Source of the DNA: Bdellovibrionales bacterium
GTDB taxonomy: Bacteria; Bdellovibrionota; Bdellovibrionia; Bdellovibrionales; UBA1609
Assembly: GCA_965116175.1 (NCBI GenBank)
Contig: OZ220490.1
Location: forward strand, 129,643 to 193,642
Reading direction: 5' to 3'
Length of the DNA stretch: 64,000 nt
In this document: piece by piece, positions 1 through 8,880 of the stretch
Position numbering within the stretch: position 1 is the stretch's first letter
Layout of the letters: each line of letters begins with the position of its first letter
Position numbers and translations under genes: made by a program
Notes under the pieces: model-generated
What the model was told of the DNA's origin: nothing
Seen by the model: the letters and a program-made list of their open reading frames with translations, nothing else
Databases searched by the model: none

Positions 1-369
1 GGTGGTTTTTGTTTGAGTTGTTTGAAAAAAGCTATTCAGGCCAGCCGCCCTTCCTTTGGACAACAGTTAGGCAATGTTCTTAAAATAGCTACAGGGCTTG
101 GAACAAGCGCGATCATGTATAATGTAGGCCAACGGGCTCAAATAGATGCAAATATGCTAAGAATGCAGGATGCCTATCCTCCTCAATCTGATTACTATGC
201 TTTAACGGGCGCTCGAGCAGGGTTTCCTTTTGTGTCTAGAGGTCTTTATGACATGATAAGAACTAACACTCCTGTGGGAGGCTGGGTTTGCACTCCTACA
301 GTGGATCCTTACGGTCGTGTATTTAGCAGTTATCAGCAGGGGCAGGGTTTTAAAATGAGGTATTACTGA
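1..369 (+). CDS. 3' end of a CDS entering from the left edge; C-terminal module is paralogous to the central part of the next gene
   Basis: Frame 1 is open from nt 1 (GGFCLSCLKKAIQ...). The GGxCxxCL motif plus the following G/A-rich stretch mirrors GGPCWECLDQL...GSVGAFLGGAAL in 531..2612. Stop at 367-369. Confidence 0.5.
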   Translation, partial: GGFCLSCLKKAIQASRPSFGQQLGNVLKIATGLGTSAIMYNVGQRAQIDANMLRMQDAYPPQSDYYALTGARAGFPFVSRGLYDMIRTNTPVGGWVCTPTVDPYGRVFSSYQQGQGFKMRYY

Positions 370-530
370 TAAAATATAATTTTTGTAAATGTTTATGTGT
401 TAGACATTTAAGGAAAAACAAAAAATATCAAAACAAGGCTTTATGATGTTAAAATTGTATATAAGCAAGGATAACAGAAAATTTAAGTTGTAACATAAAA
501 GCATTGGAATAAAATTATAAACAGAGGGGT

Positions 531-2612
531 TTGTCTTTTTTATTTTGGAGATTTTATCCGAATAAGATTTTAACTGACAATTTAAAAATTATTTACAGGA
601 GTTTGGATTTGAATATTTTACAAAAAACCTTTTTACTTTTTTCTTTTTTAATGATGAGTTTGTTGTCATCTGAAACCTATGCTTCGTTTATGCCGGTTAA
701 TGATGTTTGTTTGCATCCTATGGAAGAGTTGGCTTTATTTGGTTCTCAAAAGAGGTCTGTTGAAGATGAGATTAAAGCCTTGGAAGAGCAGCAGAAGGCA
801 GTGGATGAGAGTATTAAATATGTGAAAGGGAAAAAATACGAGAACGAAAACAAAGATTTGGACAGTCTTCTCACTAAACTTGAAAATTCACTTGTTCCAA
901 TCAGCCAACAAAATAATAGTATTGATCAAGAGGATATAACAAGTATCGTTTCTGAATATATAGAAGGACGATACAGCTCTTTGGATGAAATTGATGGAGA
1001 AGATTCTGATGAGGATGATAACGATTGGGCTGTTGATGACGATCTCATTGAAAAAGCGAGACTGTATGAAGAGGATCCTCTCTTGGATGAAAAACTCTTT
1101 AAAAAAGAGGGTAATATTGATCAAAGAAAATTTTGTGAGAAGTATGCTTCCGAAAAAAAGGAAAGGCGCTGCAGAAATGCTATTAATGATCTTGAAGAAT
1201 TATACGATGAATTGGATGAATACAAAATTCAGAGGGCGGAAATAACCAATAAGATTAATGAATTAGAAGCGGTTGAATGGCGTATAAAAGCTGGTTTGCC
1301 TGTAGATGAAGAGTATGCGCAGTATTTGGAAGCAGGAGGCCCCTGTTGGGAATGTTTGGATCAGTTAAGAGAGCTGGATAAACCTACAGCAAGTCAGGCA
1401 ATCGGAAGTGTTGGGGCTTTTCTTGGCGGCGCCGCGCTTTCTTATTATGGCTACCGGGCTGGAAAGCGTGCAGCGCCGAAAATTGATAAATTAAGATTGA
1501 GACAGGGGTTTGATCCTTTAGGTCATGCTCATATGTCCTGGGCTGGTGCCACTCTTGGACTGCCTTTTATGTCCCTTGGGGTTCATGGCTTGGCTGGAGG
1601 AAATTCCGTATTTGGCAGTCATAACTGTAGCCCTGGTTTTGCCACTGGGTCAGGTATTTACGGTCCTTTTTCCCATTACAATATGAATCCAGCGGCTATA
1701 CTTCAGGCTCAGGCCATGTATGGTCAAAATCCGGTTTTTAATGCGGGTTTACAGTTAGGAGGTTCTCCCTATGCGATGTTGAATCCGTTTGGCATGGGGG
1801 GTCTTGGCGCTAGCGGAGGCTTTCAGTTGGGTGGAATGCCGTTTGGCATGGGGGGTCTTGGCGCTAGCGGAGGCTTTCAGTTAGGTGGAATGCCGTTTGG
1901 CATGGGGGGTCTTGGCGCTAGCGGAGGCTTTCAGTTAGGCGGAATGCCGTTTGGCATGGGAGGTCTTGGCGCTGGTGGAGGCTTTCAGTTGGGCGGAATG
2001 CCGTTTGGCATGGGAGGTCTTGGTGCTGGTGGAGGCTTTCAGTTGGGCGGAATGCCATTTGGCATGGGAGGTCTTGGCGTTGGTGGAGGCTTTCAGTTAG
2101 GCGGAATGCCGTTTGGCATGGGAGGTCTTGGTGCTGGTGGAGGCTTTCAGTTGGGCGGAATGCCATTTGGCATGGGAGGAGGTCTTGGCGGCTTTGGCGG
2201 CGGCTTTCCTGGAATGATGAATCCAGCGATGATGCAGCTTCAGATGCAACAACAGCAGTATACCCAATACTTGCAGATGCAACAACAGCAGATACAATTT
2301 CGTTTACAAGCCCAACAGGCTTGGCTGAAACAACAACAGTCTATTCAACAAGATAGAATGCGCAGGCAGGAAGTTATTGGCGGTCTTGTTCAAGAAATGG
2401 GCAGGATACAACAACAGATACAGCTTGTGGCTTCAGGAGGTATAAATAATTCTGCTTTAGGAACATTTAACACCAATTTCAATACCGGTTGGAATGTAGG
2501 GGAAAATCTGGTTAATAATCAGGTCCCTGGCACTTCTACTGGCCCTAGCCATCAACCGGCAGTTACAAATAAAGGGACTTCTTCAGGTGACTATAAGGTT
2601 ATTAGAGAATAA
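531..2612 (+). CDS. Secreted low-complexity protein: signal peptide, acidic coiled-coil region, Gly-rich 18-aa tandem repeats, Q-rich tail
   Basis: 693-aa ORF. The likely true start is TTG near 609, just after AGGAG, giving MNILQKTFLLFSFLMMSLLSSETYA. Contains PFGMGGLGASGGFQLGGM x7-8 and then a poly-Q-rich segment (QMQQQQYTQYLQMQQQQ). Confidence 0.75.
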   Translation: MSFLFWRFYPNKILTDNLKIIYRSLDLNILQKTFLLFSFLMMSLLSSETYASFMPVNDVCLHPMEELALFGSQKRSVEDEIKALEEQQKAVDESIKYVKGKKYENENKDLDSLLTKLENSLVPISQQNNSIDQEDITSIVSEYIEGRYSSLDEIDGEDSDEDDNDWAVDDDLIEKARLYEEDPLLDEKLFKKEGNIDQRKFCEKYASEKKERRCRNAINDLEELYDELDEYKIQRAEITNKINELEAVEWRIKAGLPVDEEYAQYLEAGGPCWECLDQLRELDKPTASQAIGSVGAFLGGAALSYYGYRAGKRAAPKIDKLRLRQGFDPLGHAHMSWAGATLGLPFMSLGVHGLAGGNSVFGSHNCSPGFATGSGIYGPFSHYNMNPAAILQAQAMYGQNPVFNAGLQLGGSPYAMLNPFGMGGLGASGGFQLGGMPFGMGGLGASGGFQLGGMPFGMGGLGASGGFQLGGMPFGMGGLGAGGGFQLGGMPFGMGGLGAGGGFQLGGMPFGMGGLGVGGGFQLGGMPFGMGGLGAGGGFQLGGMPFGMGGGLGGFGGGFPGMMNPAMMQLQMQQQQYTQYLQMQQQQIQFRLQAQQAWLKQQQSIQQDRMRRQEVIGGLVQEMGRIQQQIQLVASGGINNSALGTFNTNFNTGWNVGENLVNNQVPGTSTGPSHQPAVTNKGTSSGDYKVIRE
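1785..2200 (+). repeat. 54-bp (18-codon) tandem repeat, about 7.5 copies, inside the CDS
   Basis: The unit ccgtttggcatggggggtcttggcgctagcggaggctttcagttgggtggaatg recurs head-to-tail with a few substitutions. Confidence 0.9.
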
Positions 2613-2620
2613 AAATTTTA

Positions 2621-2656
2621 GGTTCATGATGACTTAAGAGGATTATTTCTAAAAAG
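2621..2656 (+). repeat. Solo IS1595-like terminal sequence
   Basis: ggttcatgatgacttaagaggattatttctaaaaag resembles the IS left inverted repeat at 16247 (ggttcatgatactttaag) and the copy at 12995..13027. Confidence 0.35.
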
Positions 2657-2689
2657 TTCTGAATTTTCAAACAGGATTGGTATAAATGC

Positions 2690-3904
2690 TTAATAGGTAT
2701 AAATGCCTGTTGCTGGACTTCCTTGTTCTTGATTCATTGAAATAATAAGGATCACTGTAAGAGCTCCTGCGCCCACTATAAGCCAGGGTGGAACATTGGA
2801 AAGCCAATGCTGATTTTTTGAATCAGGGTCTTCAAAGTTGTTTGATAAATCATCTGAATTTAGGAGAGAGGAATCTGATGGAGAAAACAAATCCGCTTCT
2901 AAGCGGCTATTTGCTGTTTGATAAGCCAAAGAAGCCAAAGAATGAGAGCTTTCTGTATTTTTTATCTTGTTTGGACTATCACTTTTTGTCTCAAATTTTT
3001 TGGCAGAAGGATTTTTTCCATAAGATGAATTAGTTTTAAGATGTGAAATGATGGATGTTGGACATGGAGAAGGATTAAGGATTTGGGTATTTTTATTTTT
3101 CCAATCCGCTTTGATTTGCAGATTTTCACAGGAGCCTTTTGTCAACCTGTCTGTTTTTATTTTTTGAGACAGCAATTCAGAAAGATTTAATTTTTTTGAC
3201 CAGGATAAATGAGAAGAGCTGAAAGCGCTTATACGATAAAAAGACTGGGGAATTTTTAATTTTTCGTTCTTTTTTATTTGTATTCCATTGATTAAAATAA
3301 TTTGGTGATCAGGAAAAATATTTTTCCAATTCATAGAGAGAAAATTTACCTTTCTCTGAATAAGCTTTAATTCCTCCATAAGAGGCGGGGGAAAAAGCTC
3401 ATAGTCAGGATAGTTTGTGCTGTTGATTTCAAATACAGTGAAATTGCTGGTTGAAAGCAAAAGAGCTTTTCTTTTTTCCAGGTCCTTTTCAATTTGAGCC
3501 TGTCTTAAAAAGGAGTATAAAATAATCCGCCGCTCTTCCTCATCCCAGTCTGCTGAAAGGGCTAAGTCTGTAATTTGTTTAAAAGCTTTTATAGCCTTGG
3601 CCTCTTCCCCGGACAGATAAAACTCCTGAGCAAGTACAAGCTTTTTTTTAAGTTGAAAAGCTTTAATCTGCTCTCTTGTTTTGGAAAGTTTGTTTTGGGC
3701 ATAACTTATGTGAGAGGGGCCGAGAGCCTGGACAGAGGCTTTAAATTCCTGAAGAGACATTTGAGGGGATTTGATCCAGATATTCTTTTGTTTGAATAAA
3801 AACTGTGCTGACAAAAGCTGTGGAAATATCAAATAATTTATAAAAACAAAAAGCTTAAAAAGACATTTAAAAAAAATTGGGTTTGTATTTTTATTGTTTG
3901 TCAA
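2690..3904 (-). CDS. Hypothetical signal-peptide protein with a C-terminal TM anchor; last gene of the Flp-pilin operon
   Basis: 404-aa ORF with TTG start preceded by GGGAGG. N-terminal hydrophobic leader and C-terminal WLIVGAGALTVILIISM helix. No family recognised. Confidence 0.6.
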   Translation of the reverse strand: MTNNKNTNPIFFKCLFKLFVFINYLIFPQLLSAQFLFKQKNIWIKSPQMSLQEFKASVQALGPSHISYAQNKLSKTREQIKAFQLKKKLVLAQEFYLSGEEAKAIKAFKQITDLALSADWDEEERRIILYSFLRQAQIEKDLEKRKALLLSTSNFTVFEINSTNYPDYELFPPPLMEELKLIQRKVNFLSMNWKNIFPDHQIILINGIQIKKNEKLKIPQSFYRISAFSSSHLSWSKKLNLSELLSQKIKTDRLTKGSCENLQIKADWKNKNTQILNPSPCPTSIISHLKTNSSYGKNPSAKKFETKSDSPNKIKNTESSHSLASLAYQTANSRLEADLFSPSDSSLLNSDDLSNNFEDPDSKNQHWLSNVPPWLIVGAGALTVILIISMNQEQGSPATGIYTY

Positions 3905-3980
3905 ATTTACCTCCCTTTACCTGCTGTATAAAATTTCAAGTTGTAAAGCTCAGTAAGTTCAAACAAAAAGGGTATACATA

Positions 3981-4544
3981 TTAAAACTTTTCTTCAATAA
4001 TAATAAGTGATTTTTTTACCCGCTTTTTATATACTTTTGAGCCTTTTTTATTTGGATTTTGAACAACTGCATAAAAGGGATCAGAGTGTTTAAAAAGATA
4101 GGGGGCTTCTTTTTCCGGGATAAGAGCTGCAAAACGGCCTTCTTCTGTGTCGGGAGGGAGAATTTTAATGGCTCCAGCGGCTTGTTTTTCAGGGAGTCCT
4201 GTTTGTTCTGAATAAGTGTAAAGATCAACCACTCCATAAGCCCCTATAATGTTTACAATGTCTCTGCCATTAGCAATCTCTATAGGCAATAAAACAAAAT
4301 CTTTTGGAACTAGGGAATCTAAAGAGATAGCTTTTGTTTTTTCTTTCCGCAGTAGAGGCAAAAATTCAGAAATAAAAGAAAGAAAAATGAGTCCTAAAAT
4401 GATGAGAAAGTGAGAGCGGTATTTTTTAAAAAGTTGTTCTAAAGTACTGTTTTGAAATAAAGGTTTATCTTTAAAGAATCTCTTTTGGATTTCCTCCTGA
4501 AAAAAAAGAAGATGTTGGAACAGCTTTTTTATAATTTTTTGCAT
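3981..4544 (-). CDS. Hypothetical membrane-anchored protein (possibly CpaB/RcpC-like pilus assembly)
   Basis: 187-aa ORF with one TM (FLIILGLIFLSFISEFL) inside the Flp/TadE gene string. The family call is weak. Confidence 0.5.
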   Translation of the reverse strand: MQKIIKKLFQHLLFFQEEIQKRFFKDKPLFQNSTLEQLFKKYRSHFLIILGLIFLSFISEFLPLLRKEKTKAISLDSLVPKDFVLLPIEIANGRDIVNIIGAYGVVDLYTYSEQTGLPEKQAAGAIKILPPDTEEGRFAALIPEKEAPYLFKHSDPFYAVVQNPNKKGSKVYKKRVKKSLIIIEEKF

Positions 4545-4546
4545 AT

Positions 4547-4837
4547 CTAATGCTCTCCTTGGACTGGTTTATACCAGGGCGCTTTGGTTTTTTTTGTTTC
4601 ATAATTTTTTTGTTTTGTAAGCCTTTCTTTTTGTATTTCTTTTCTGGTCAAGGATTGAAAAAACTGAATGAACGATAAAAAAGACAAAAGACAAATAATG
4701 ACAAACAAACCCTCCATTAAAATTTGCCCTTTATTTGAAAAATAAAGAATTCCTATTCTCTTTAGAAAAAGGGAGTATCCTTTTGTTTTTCCCTTTTGGT
4801 TTTTAAAAAGTTTTAGTGATAAAGAACACTTGTCCAT
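4547..4837 (-). CDS. Small TadE-like pseudopilin candidate
   Basis: NKGQILMEGLFVIICLLSFLSF resembles the TadE/TadG N-terminal GQxxxE plus hydrophobic-helix motif. Ends 3 nt upstream of the next gene. Confidence 0.45.
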   Translation of the reverse strand: MDKCSLSLKLFKNQKGKTKGYSLFLKRIGILYFSNKGQILMEGLFVIICLLSFLSFIQFFQSLTRKEIQKERLTKQKNYETKKTKAPWYKPVQGEH

Positions 4838-5724
4838 GTTCCCCCTTTTTGTTTTAAAGAAGCTGTGCAGCTGTATCTTGAAGAAGGTTTATGTTTTGAT
4901 TGAAAGGGCATCTTCCCATTTTTATCCAAAGGAGAGAAAAGTTGAATTGTCCATGAAAACCGGCTCTTTTGATGATTTATAAAGTCTGGAATAGGTTTGT
5001 ATGTGTAGGCCTTATCACCTTTTTTTTGCCTCTTAATGGCAAGGGCTTTTTTATAAAAACTTTCTTCATGGATATGAGAGACATTAAGTTTTTCAAGGAT
5101 TTTCCTCATCTGTTTGAAAGTTCTTCTTTTGATAAGGGAGCTTTTTGCCAAAAGATATTTTTGTCTCATAATCACAGCTTTTTGCATCTGTTTGACAACC
5201 TCCAGCTTTTTTTTCAAAAGAGGAATTAAAGGAACCATGCCTGAGGCTTTGGCCATCATAAGACTTGTGGAAAGGGCTTTTCTGGTTTTATGCAGGAATA
5301 AAACCTTATCATTAAGATTAATGATTTTGTTTAGCACCAATCCAAGCTCCTTCTGCCCTTTAAGATTAATCTGTATACAGTGAGATTGGACTGTTGTGAT
5401 ATTTTTAATTCCTATGCTTAAAAGAGAAAATCCTATGATTCCTGTCATCATTAAAGTTGTCCAGGCCAGTAACAAAACGCTTATAAATCCTGCCTGGGCT
5501 TTATGGGGAGTTTCTCTGTTTGAAAGCCTGCCAGTTTGAAATGACTGGCAATCAGACTGTTTTATTGAGGCAGGTTTAAAGTTTGTCTGATAAAAAAATC
5601 TTTTTTGTAGAAATGCCATTGAACATATCCTTTCCATTCGTTTTGAAAATTTTTGATATTTAAAGATTTGATTGTCCCTAAGGGAGTTAATTTTTGAATT
5701 TGTTTTAAAGTGTTTTGTTTGCAT
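4813..5724 (-). CDS. TadG-like / hypothetical membrane protein (start uncertain)
   Basis: The 303-aa ORF overlaps the upstream ORF by about 160 nt, so the real start is probably internal. AQAGFISVLLLAWTTLMMTGIIGF is a TadG-like N-terminal helix. Confidence 0.5.
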   Translation of the reverse strand: MQTKHFKTNSKINSLRDNQIFKYQKFSKRMERICSMAFLQKRFFYQTNFKPASIKQSDCQSFQTGRLSNRETPHKAQAGFISVLLLAWTTLMMTGIIGFSLLSIGIKNITTVQSHCIQINLKGQKELGLVLNKIINLNDKVLFLHKTRKALSTSLMMAKASGMVPLIPLLKKKLEVVKQMQKAVIMRQKYLLAKSSLIKRRTFKQMRKILEKLNVSHIHEESFYKKALAIKRQKKGDKAYTYKPIPDFINHQKSRFSWTIQLFSPLDKNGKMPFQSKHKPSSRYSCTASLKQKGGTWTSVLYH

Positions 5725-5903
5725 TGGTTAGCCTCCTTTTGCTGAGCCATACATACAATCCCTTGATAAAGCTGATGCTCTATCCATAGAACACTTGTCC
5801 AAATCCAAAAAAGCAGAAGTATGAGTTTAATAAGCATTATTAAAGTCAGGGAGAAGATAAGTGCCTCAACAAAGCTTTGGCCTGTTTGCTCACTTATTGT
5901 CAT
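5562..5903 (-). CDS. TadE-like pilus assembly protein
   Basis: N-terminus MTISEQTGQSFVEALIFSLTLIMLIKLILLLF matches the TadE-like GQxxVExAL plus hydrophobic-helix signature. Overlaps the flp stop by 4 nt. Confidence 0.6.
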   Translation of the reverse strand: MTISEQTGQSFVEALIFSLTLIMLIKLILLLFWIWTSVLWIEHQLYQGIVCMAQQKEANQCKQNTLKQIQKLTPLGTIKSLNIKNFQNEWKGYVQWHFYKKDFFIRQTLNLPQ

Positions 5904-6355
5904 TTTCTCTTTTTTGTTTTTTTATCTGTGCTGGCAGAGCCTGACATAAAATCACTTAAATCACTTCTTTTGTATTCTTCTTTTTTCATAGTATGGGTTT
6001 TTGCTTTTTGATTTTTGCCTTGTAAAGCATAAATAGCATTTGCAAAACGGGATTTAACAGTTTGATTAAGAGTTCTGATTATACCAATAGTGGCCACCCC
6101 CATTAGGGCAATGAGTATTAAATATTCAATCAATCCCTGACCTTTTTTATTAAGCAGAAGGGGTTTTATCTTTAATACCCTTGGGGTTTGTTTTATATGA
6201 CTCTTTTTTGTAAAGAGGCCATTGCGGCTTAAGGGAAACCCCATTTTGATTTTTTGAACATTATTCTTCTTTAAAAAACAGCTCCAAAACGATTGTTTTT
6301 TTTTGGCTGGCTGCTTGTTGTTTTTTAGATTCATAATAACCCCCTTTTTTATCAT
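5900..6355 (-). CDS. flp: Flp-family pilin with a long basic leader and a charged C-terminal extension
   Basis: KGQGLIEYLILIALMGVATIGII is the Flp G/xxxxEY motif. The probable true start is ATG at 6334, preceded by GGGGG. Confidence 0.7.
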   Translation of the reverse strand: MIKKGVIMNLKNNKQPAKKKQSFWSCFLKKNNVQKIKMGFPLSRNGLFTKKSHIKQTPRVLKIKPLLLNKKGQGLIEYLILIALMGVATIGIIRTLNQTVKSRFANAIYALQGKNQKAKTHTMKKEEYKRSDLSDFMSGSASTDKKTKKRK

Positions 6356-6376
6356 TTGTATTTATCCGGTTTGAAA
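6354..6376 (-). promoter_or_regulatory. Copy of the recurrent TTCAAAC..GAT..GTATA motif, oriented toward flp
   Basis: The minus strand reads TTTCAAACCGGATAAATACAAAT, about 20 nt upstream of the RBS and ATG at 6334. Confidence 0.35.
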
Positions 6377-6602
6377 ACACTTAACCGTGTGTTTACTTCT
6401 TTCTGATGAAGTTTCAGCTTTTAGGACTGGAGCCTCAAACAGGATAGCCATCTTTATAAAGGAGCAAAAAATTTTCTATAAATAAGGAGCTTTTTTTGAG
6501 GAGTTGAGTGATTTTTTTACCGGGTGCGCCGGTATCCGGCAGATTTTTCTATATTTTTTATATCACATCAATTTGGTTTGAACTTTGGAATCTTTCAAAA
6601 GT

Positions 6603-6744
6603 AAAGAATGTGCCGCTCTCTCCATGAGAGTAAGAGGGTCAAAAGTGAGTTTGGCTTTGAGCACAAAGCGGCTAAGAGGCGCTTTGAAACTTATGTCTGA
6701 ATTTTTGACCCCCTTACTCTCATGGAGGCAATGATATATTCTTT
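6603..6744. ncRNA. Candidate structured RNA / conserved long-hairpin element, copy 1
   Basis: A 25-bp stem (6620-6645 with 6703-6727, one mismatch) lies inside an outer AAAGAAT/ATTCTTT stem. The apical core AAAAGTGAGTTTGGCTTTGAGCACAAAGCGGCTAAGAGGCGCTTTG...ATGTCTGAATTTTTG is shared with 49321..49465. Confidence 0.4.
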
Positions 6745-6825
6745 CATTTTTAAAAACCCTCAAATTTCAAAAAAGATCGGTCTAGCAATATGTGATTACA
6801 AAAATCAAACGAGATTGATATAGAA

Positions 6826-8826
6826 TTAATGAAGAATGACATTTTTGCACTTTGATCCTTTTCTTTTGCCATTAAGATAATTGCTCAAATAGGCAAAACC
6901 CATGTGTTTTGTATAGTCAATCAGATCCATTTTCCATAGACTTTGATTACTGACTATCATCATCTCTTCTGATTCCATATCTATGTTGTAAAGGGCTACA
7001 AATCCTGTGGTAGCTGTAGCGAAATTGACTATCGTCTCTTCTGATTCCATATCTGTGTTATAATCAGTCAACTCAAGTGTTTCAGGTTGATCTTTAGCAA
7101 TGATGGCTTCTGGGAGTGTAAAACCTTTGTCTTCATGCAGAAATCTTACTTCATCCAATAAACCTAAAAGAATAGCCCATGTAACAGGACTGAAGTTTAA
7201 GGGAGAGTTGTGCGCAGGCTCAATATGTCCCAAGGTTATATGATGGGCCACAATTTCTATTATTTGCCTGGCCTCTTTTTTGTGAGGGTGCCCCTTTTCT
7301 AAAGAAGCATAAGTTAAGATAGCTAGAGAGAGAAGATCAGGATTGAAAGGGCGATGGCTTCTATAAAAAGGGGCAATTTCAATCCTATTGTCCAATATAT
7401 ACTCTACAGCTGGTAAAAGGCTATGCCTTATAGCTTCAAGCAGAAAATTTGTTACAAAAAATCTCTGCTGTTGATTTGTGTTAAAAAAACCGTTTTCCAG
7501 TCTGTTTTTTTTCTCTTTAGGAAAATTTCTAAAAAAATGTTCTGATCTATTGATAATAGCTTTTAAAATAGGAATATCCTTTGAAAAGCCCATATCATTA
7601 GAATTAATGATATAGCTTAATACCCTTAGCCTTAGTTCTTCAAAATTTTGCACCTCTTTTTTTAAATGATAAAATTTTTTTCCATTTCTGGAAAAGAAAA
7701 GAGGATTTGTTAAACGGATTGTAGAAATAAGGTGATTCATAAAAGGCTCAAAATCAAGAGAGACAAGTTCAAAATCCCCTTGCTTTTTATGAGATTGAAT
7801 ATAAATAGCAGGTTTTTCTGGGAGTTTATCCTGTAAATAAAAAGGTATAGCTTCATGAGCCAGCTCTCTTAAACCTTTGCCTAAAATATTTGTTGCTGTG
7901 AAATTTGTAGGAAGTTGCCTATCCATTAAAACTTCAACAGCGGTTTTGTCACCTATATCAAGAGCTGAAGCTAAAGGGATAAATCCTAAAATATCCTGAT
8001 CATTTGTTAACTCTGGGGAATGCTCTGCTAGAAGGCTAAGAGCTTTCTTATATTGTAGGGTATTCTGAGAAGCATTGACGGCATTGAAATTCATATTTCT
8101 TAAGCGGATAAATGAGTGAATAATATTTTCCTGAAGATAGTTTGTCTTATGAGGATCATACCCTGGTGTATTCAATAACCTTGTGAGCATAACAGGATCA
8201 CCTGTGCCAGCTAAATGATGAGATAAGACTGTGATTACACGGTCAGAATTGTTAAATTCATTTTTGATGAAAGGGCTGTTTATATCTTGATAATTTAAAG
8301 TGTCGTTTACAGACAAACCCAGGGAATCTATGAGGTTAAAAATATGATCACTCTGCCATCCATTAAAAATTATAACCAGCATGATGATCACTTTGTCTGA
8401 TTTTGTAAATCCATATTTTTCCATAAAGGCTTTAATTTTTTCAGCAGATTCATTTTGTAGAGCATCAAAAAATTCTGTATTTATCCGAATAATCTCTATT
8501 TCGTCTATGCGATGAGATGTAGGATGAACTGCATGTTTTGAAAATTTATTGAAGAAGTGATCGTGATACATTTTTTGTTTTAAAAATAAATGAAGAATTT
8601 TATAATTTTCAGACATATTTGCAGTATATCGATCATATCGCTGAATTTGTGATATGAGTTTTGTCTCTCTTATATTTTTCCAGAAATTATTTTCCAGTAT
8701 AGATAACTCCTGGGAATACAGGTATAAAGGGAAAAAAGAACCAAAAGGTATGAGAGAAAAAACAAACCCTAAGGAAAGAGCAGCTATCTTTATCAAAAGC
8801 TGGGATTTTTGTAAGGTATCTTTCAT
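6826..8826 (-). CDS. Hypothetical 666-aa protein with an N-terminal TM/signal
   Basis: Long uninterrupted ORF. C-terminal internal duplication (N[IT]DMESEE). No family confidently recognised. Confidence 0.65.
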   Translation of the reverse strand: MKDTLQKSQLLIKIAALSLGFVFSLIPFGSFFPLYLYSQELSILENNFWKNIRETKLISQIQRYDRYTANMSENYKILHLFLKQKMYHDHFFNKFSKHAVHPTSHRIDEIEIIRINTEFFDALQNESAEKIKAFMEKYGFTKSDKVIIMLVIIFNGWQSDHIFNLIDSLGLSVNDTLNYQDINSPFIKNEFNNSDRVITVLSHHLAGTGDPVMLTRLLNTPGYDPHKTNYLQENIIHSFIRLRNMNFNAVNASQNTLQYKKALSLLAEHSPELTNDQDILGFIPLASALDIGDKTAVEVLMDRQLPTNFTATNILGKGLRELAHEAIPFYLQDKLPEKPAIYIQSHKKQGDFELVSLDFEPFMNHLISTIRLTNPLFFSRNGKKFYHLKKEVQNFEELRLRVLSYIINSNDMGFSKDIPILKAIINRSEHFFRNFPKEKKNRLENGFFNTNQQQRFFVTNFLLEAIRHSLLPAVEYILDNRIEIAPFYRSHRPFNPDLLSLAILTYASLEKGHPHKKEARQIIEIVAHHITLGHIEPAHNSPLNFSPVTWAILLGLLDEVRFLHEDKGFTLPEAIIAKDQPETLELTDYNTDMESEETIVNFATATTGFVALYNIDMESEEMMIVSNQSLWKMDLIDYTKHMGFAYLSNYLNGKRKGSKCKNVILH

Positions 8827-8880
8827 AGAGGATGATTTCTAACAAAATAATCCGTTTAAAACAAGAAATAAAAAATTAAA

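Noticed and set aside
1918-2297. Antisense ORFs (82 and 66 aa) inside the Gly-rich repeat
   Set aside because: These are repeat-generated open frames opposite a well-supported CDS, and their periodic sequence simply mirrors the 54-bp repeat.
6519-6560. Short GC hairpin (GCCGG-TAT-CCGGC) followed by T-runs, considered as a terminator
   Set aside because: The stem is only 5 bp with alternative pairings, the T-run is interrupted, and no gene ends nearby on the plus strand.
6563-6763. 66-aa ORF from the six-frame track
   Set aside because: It spans the long hairpin element. Its reading frame is a by-product of the inverted repeat, with no RBS and no coding character. The same applies to 49257..49514 over element copy 2.
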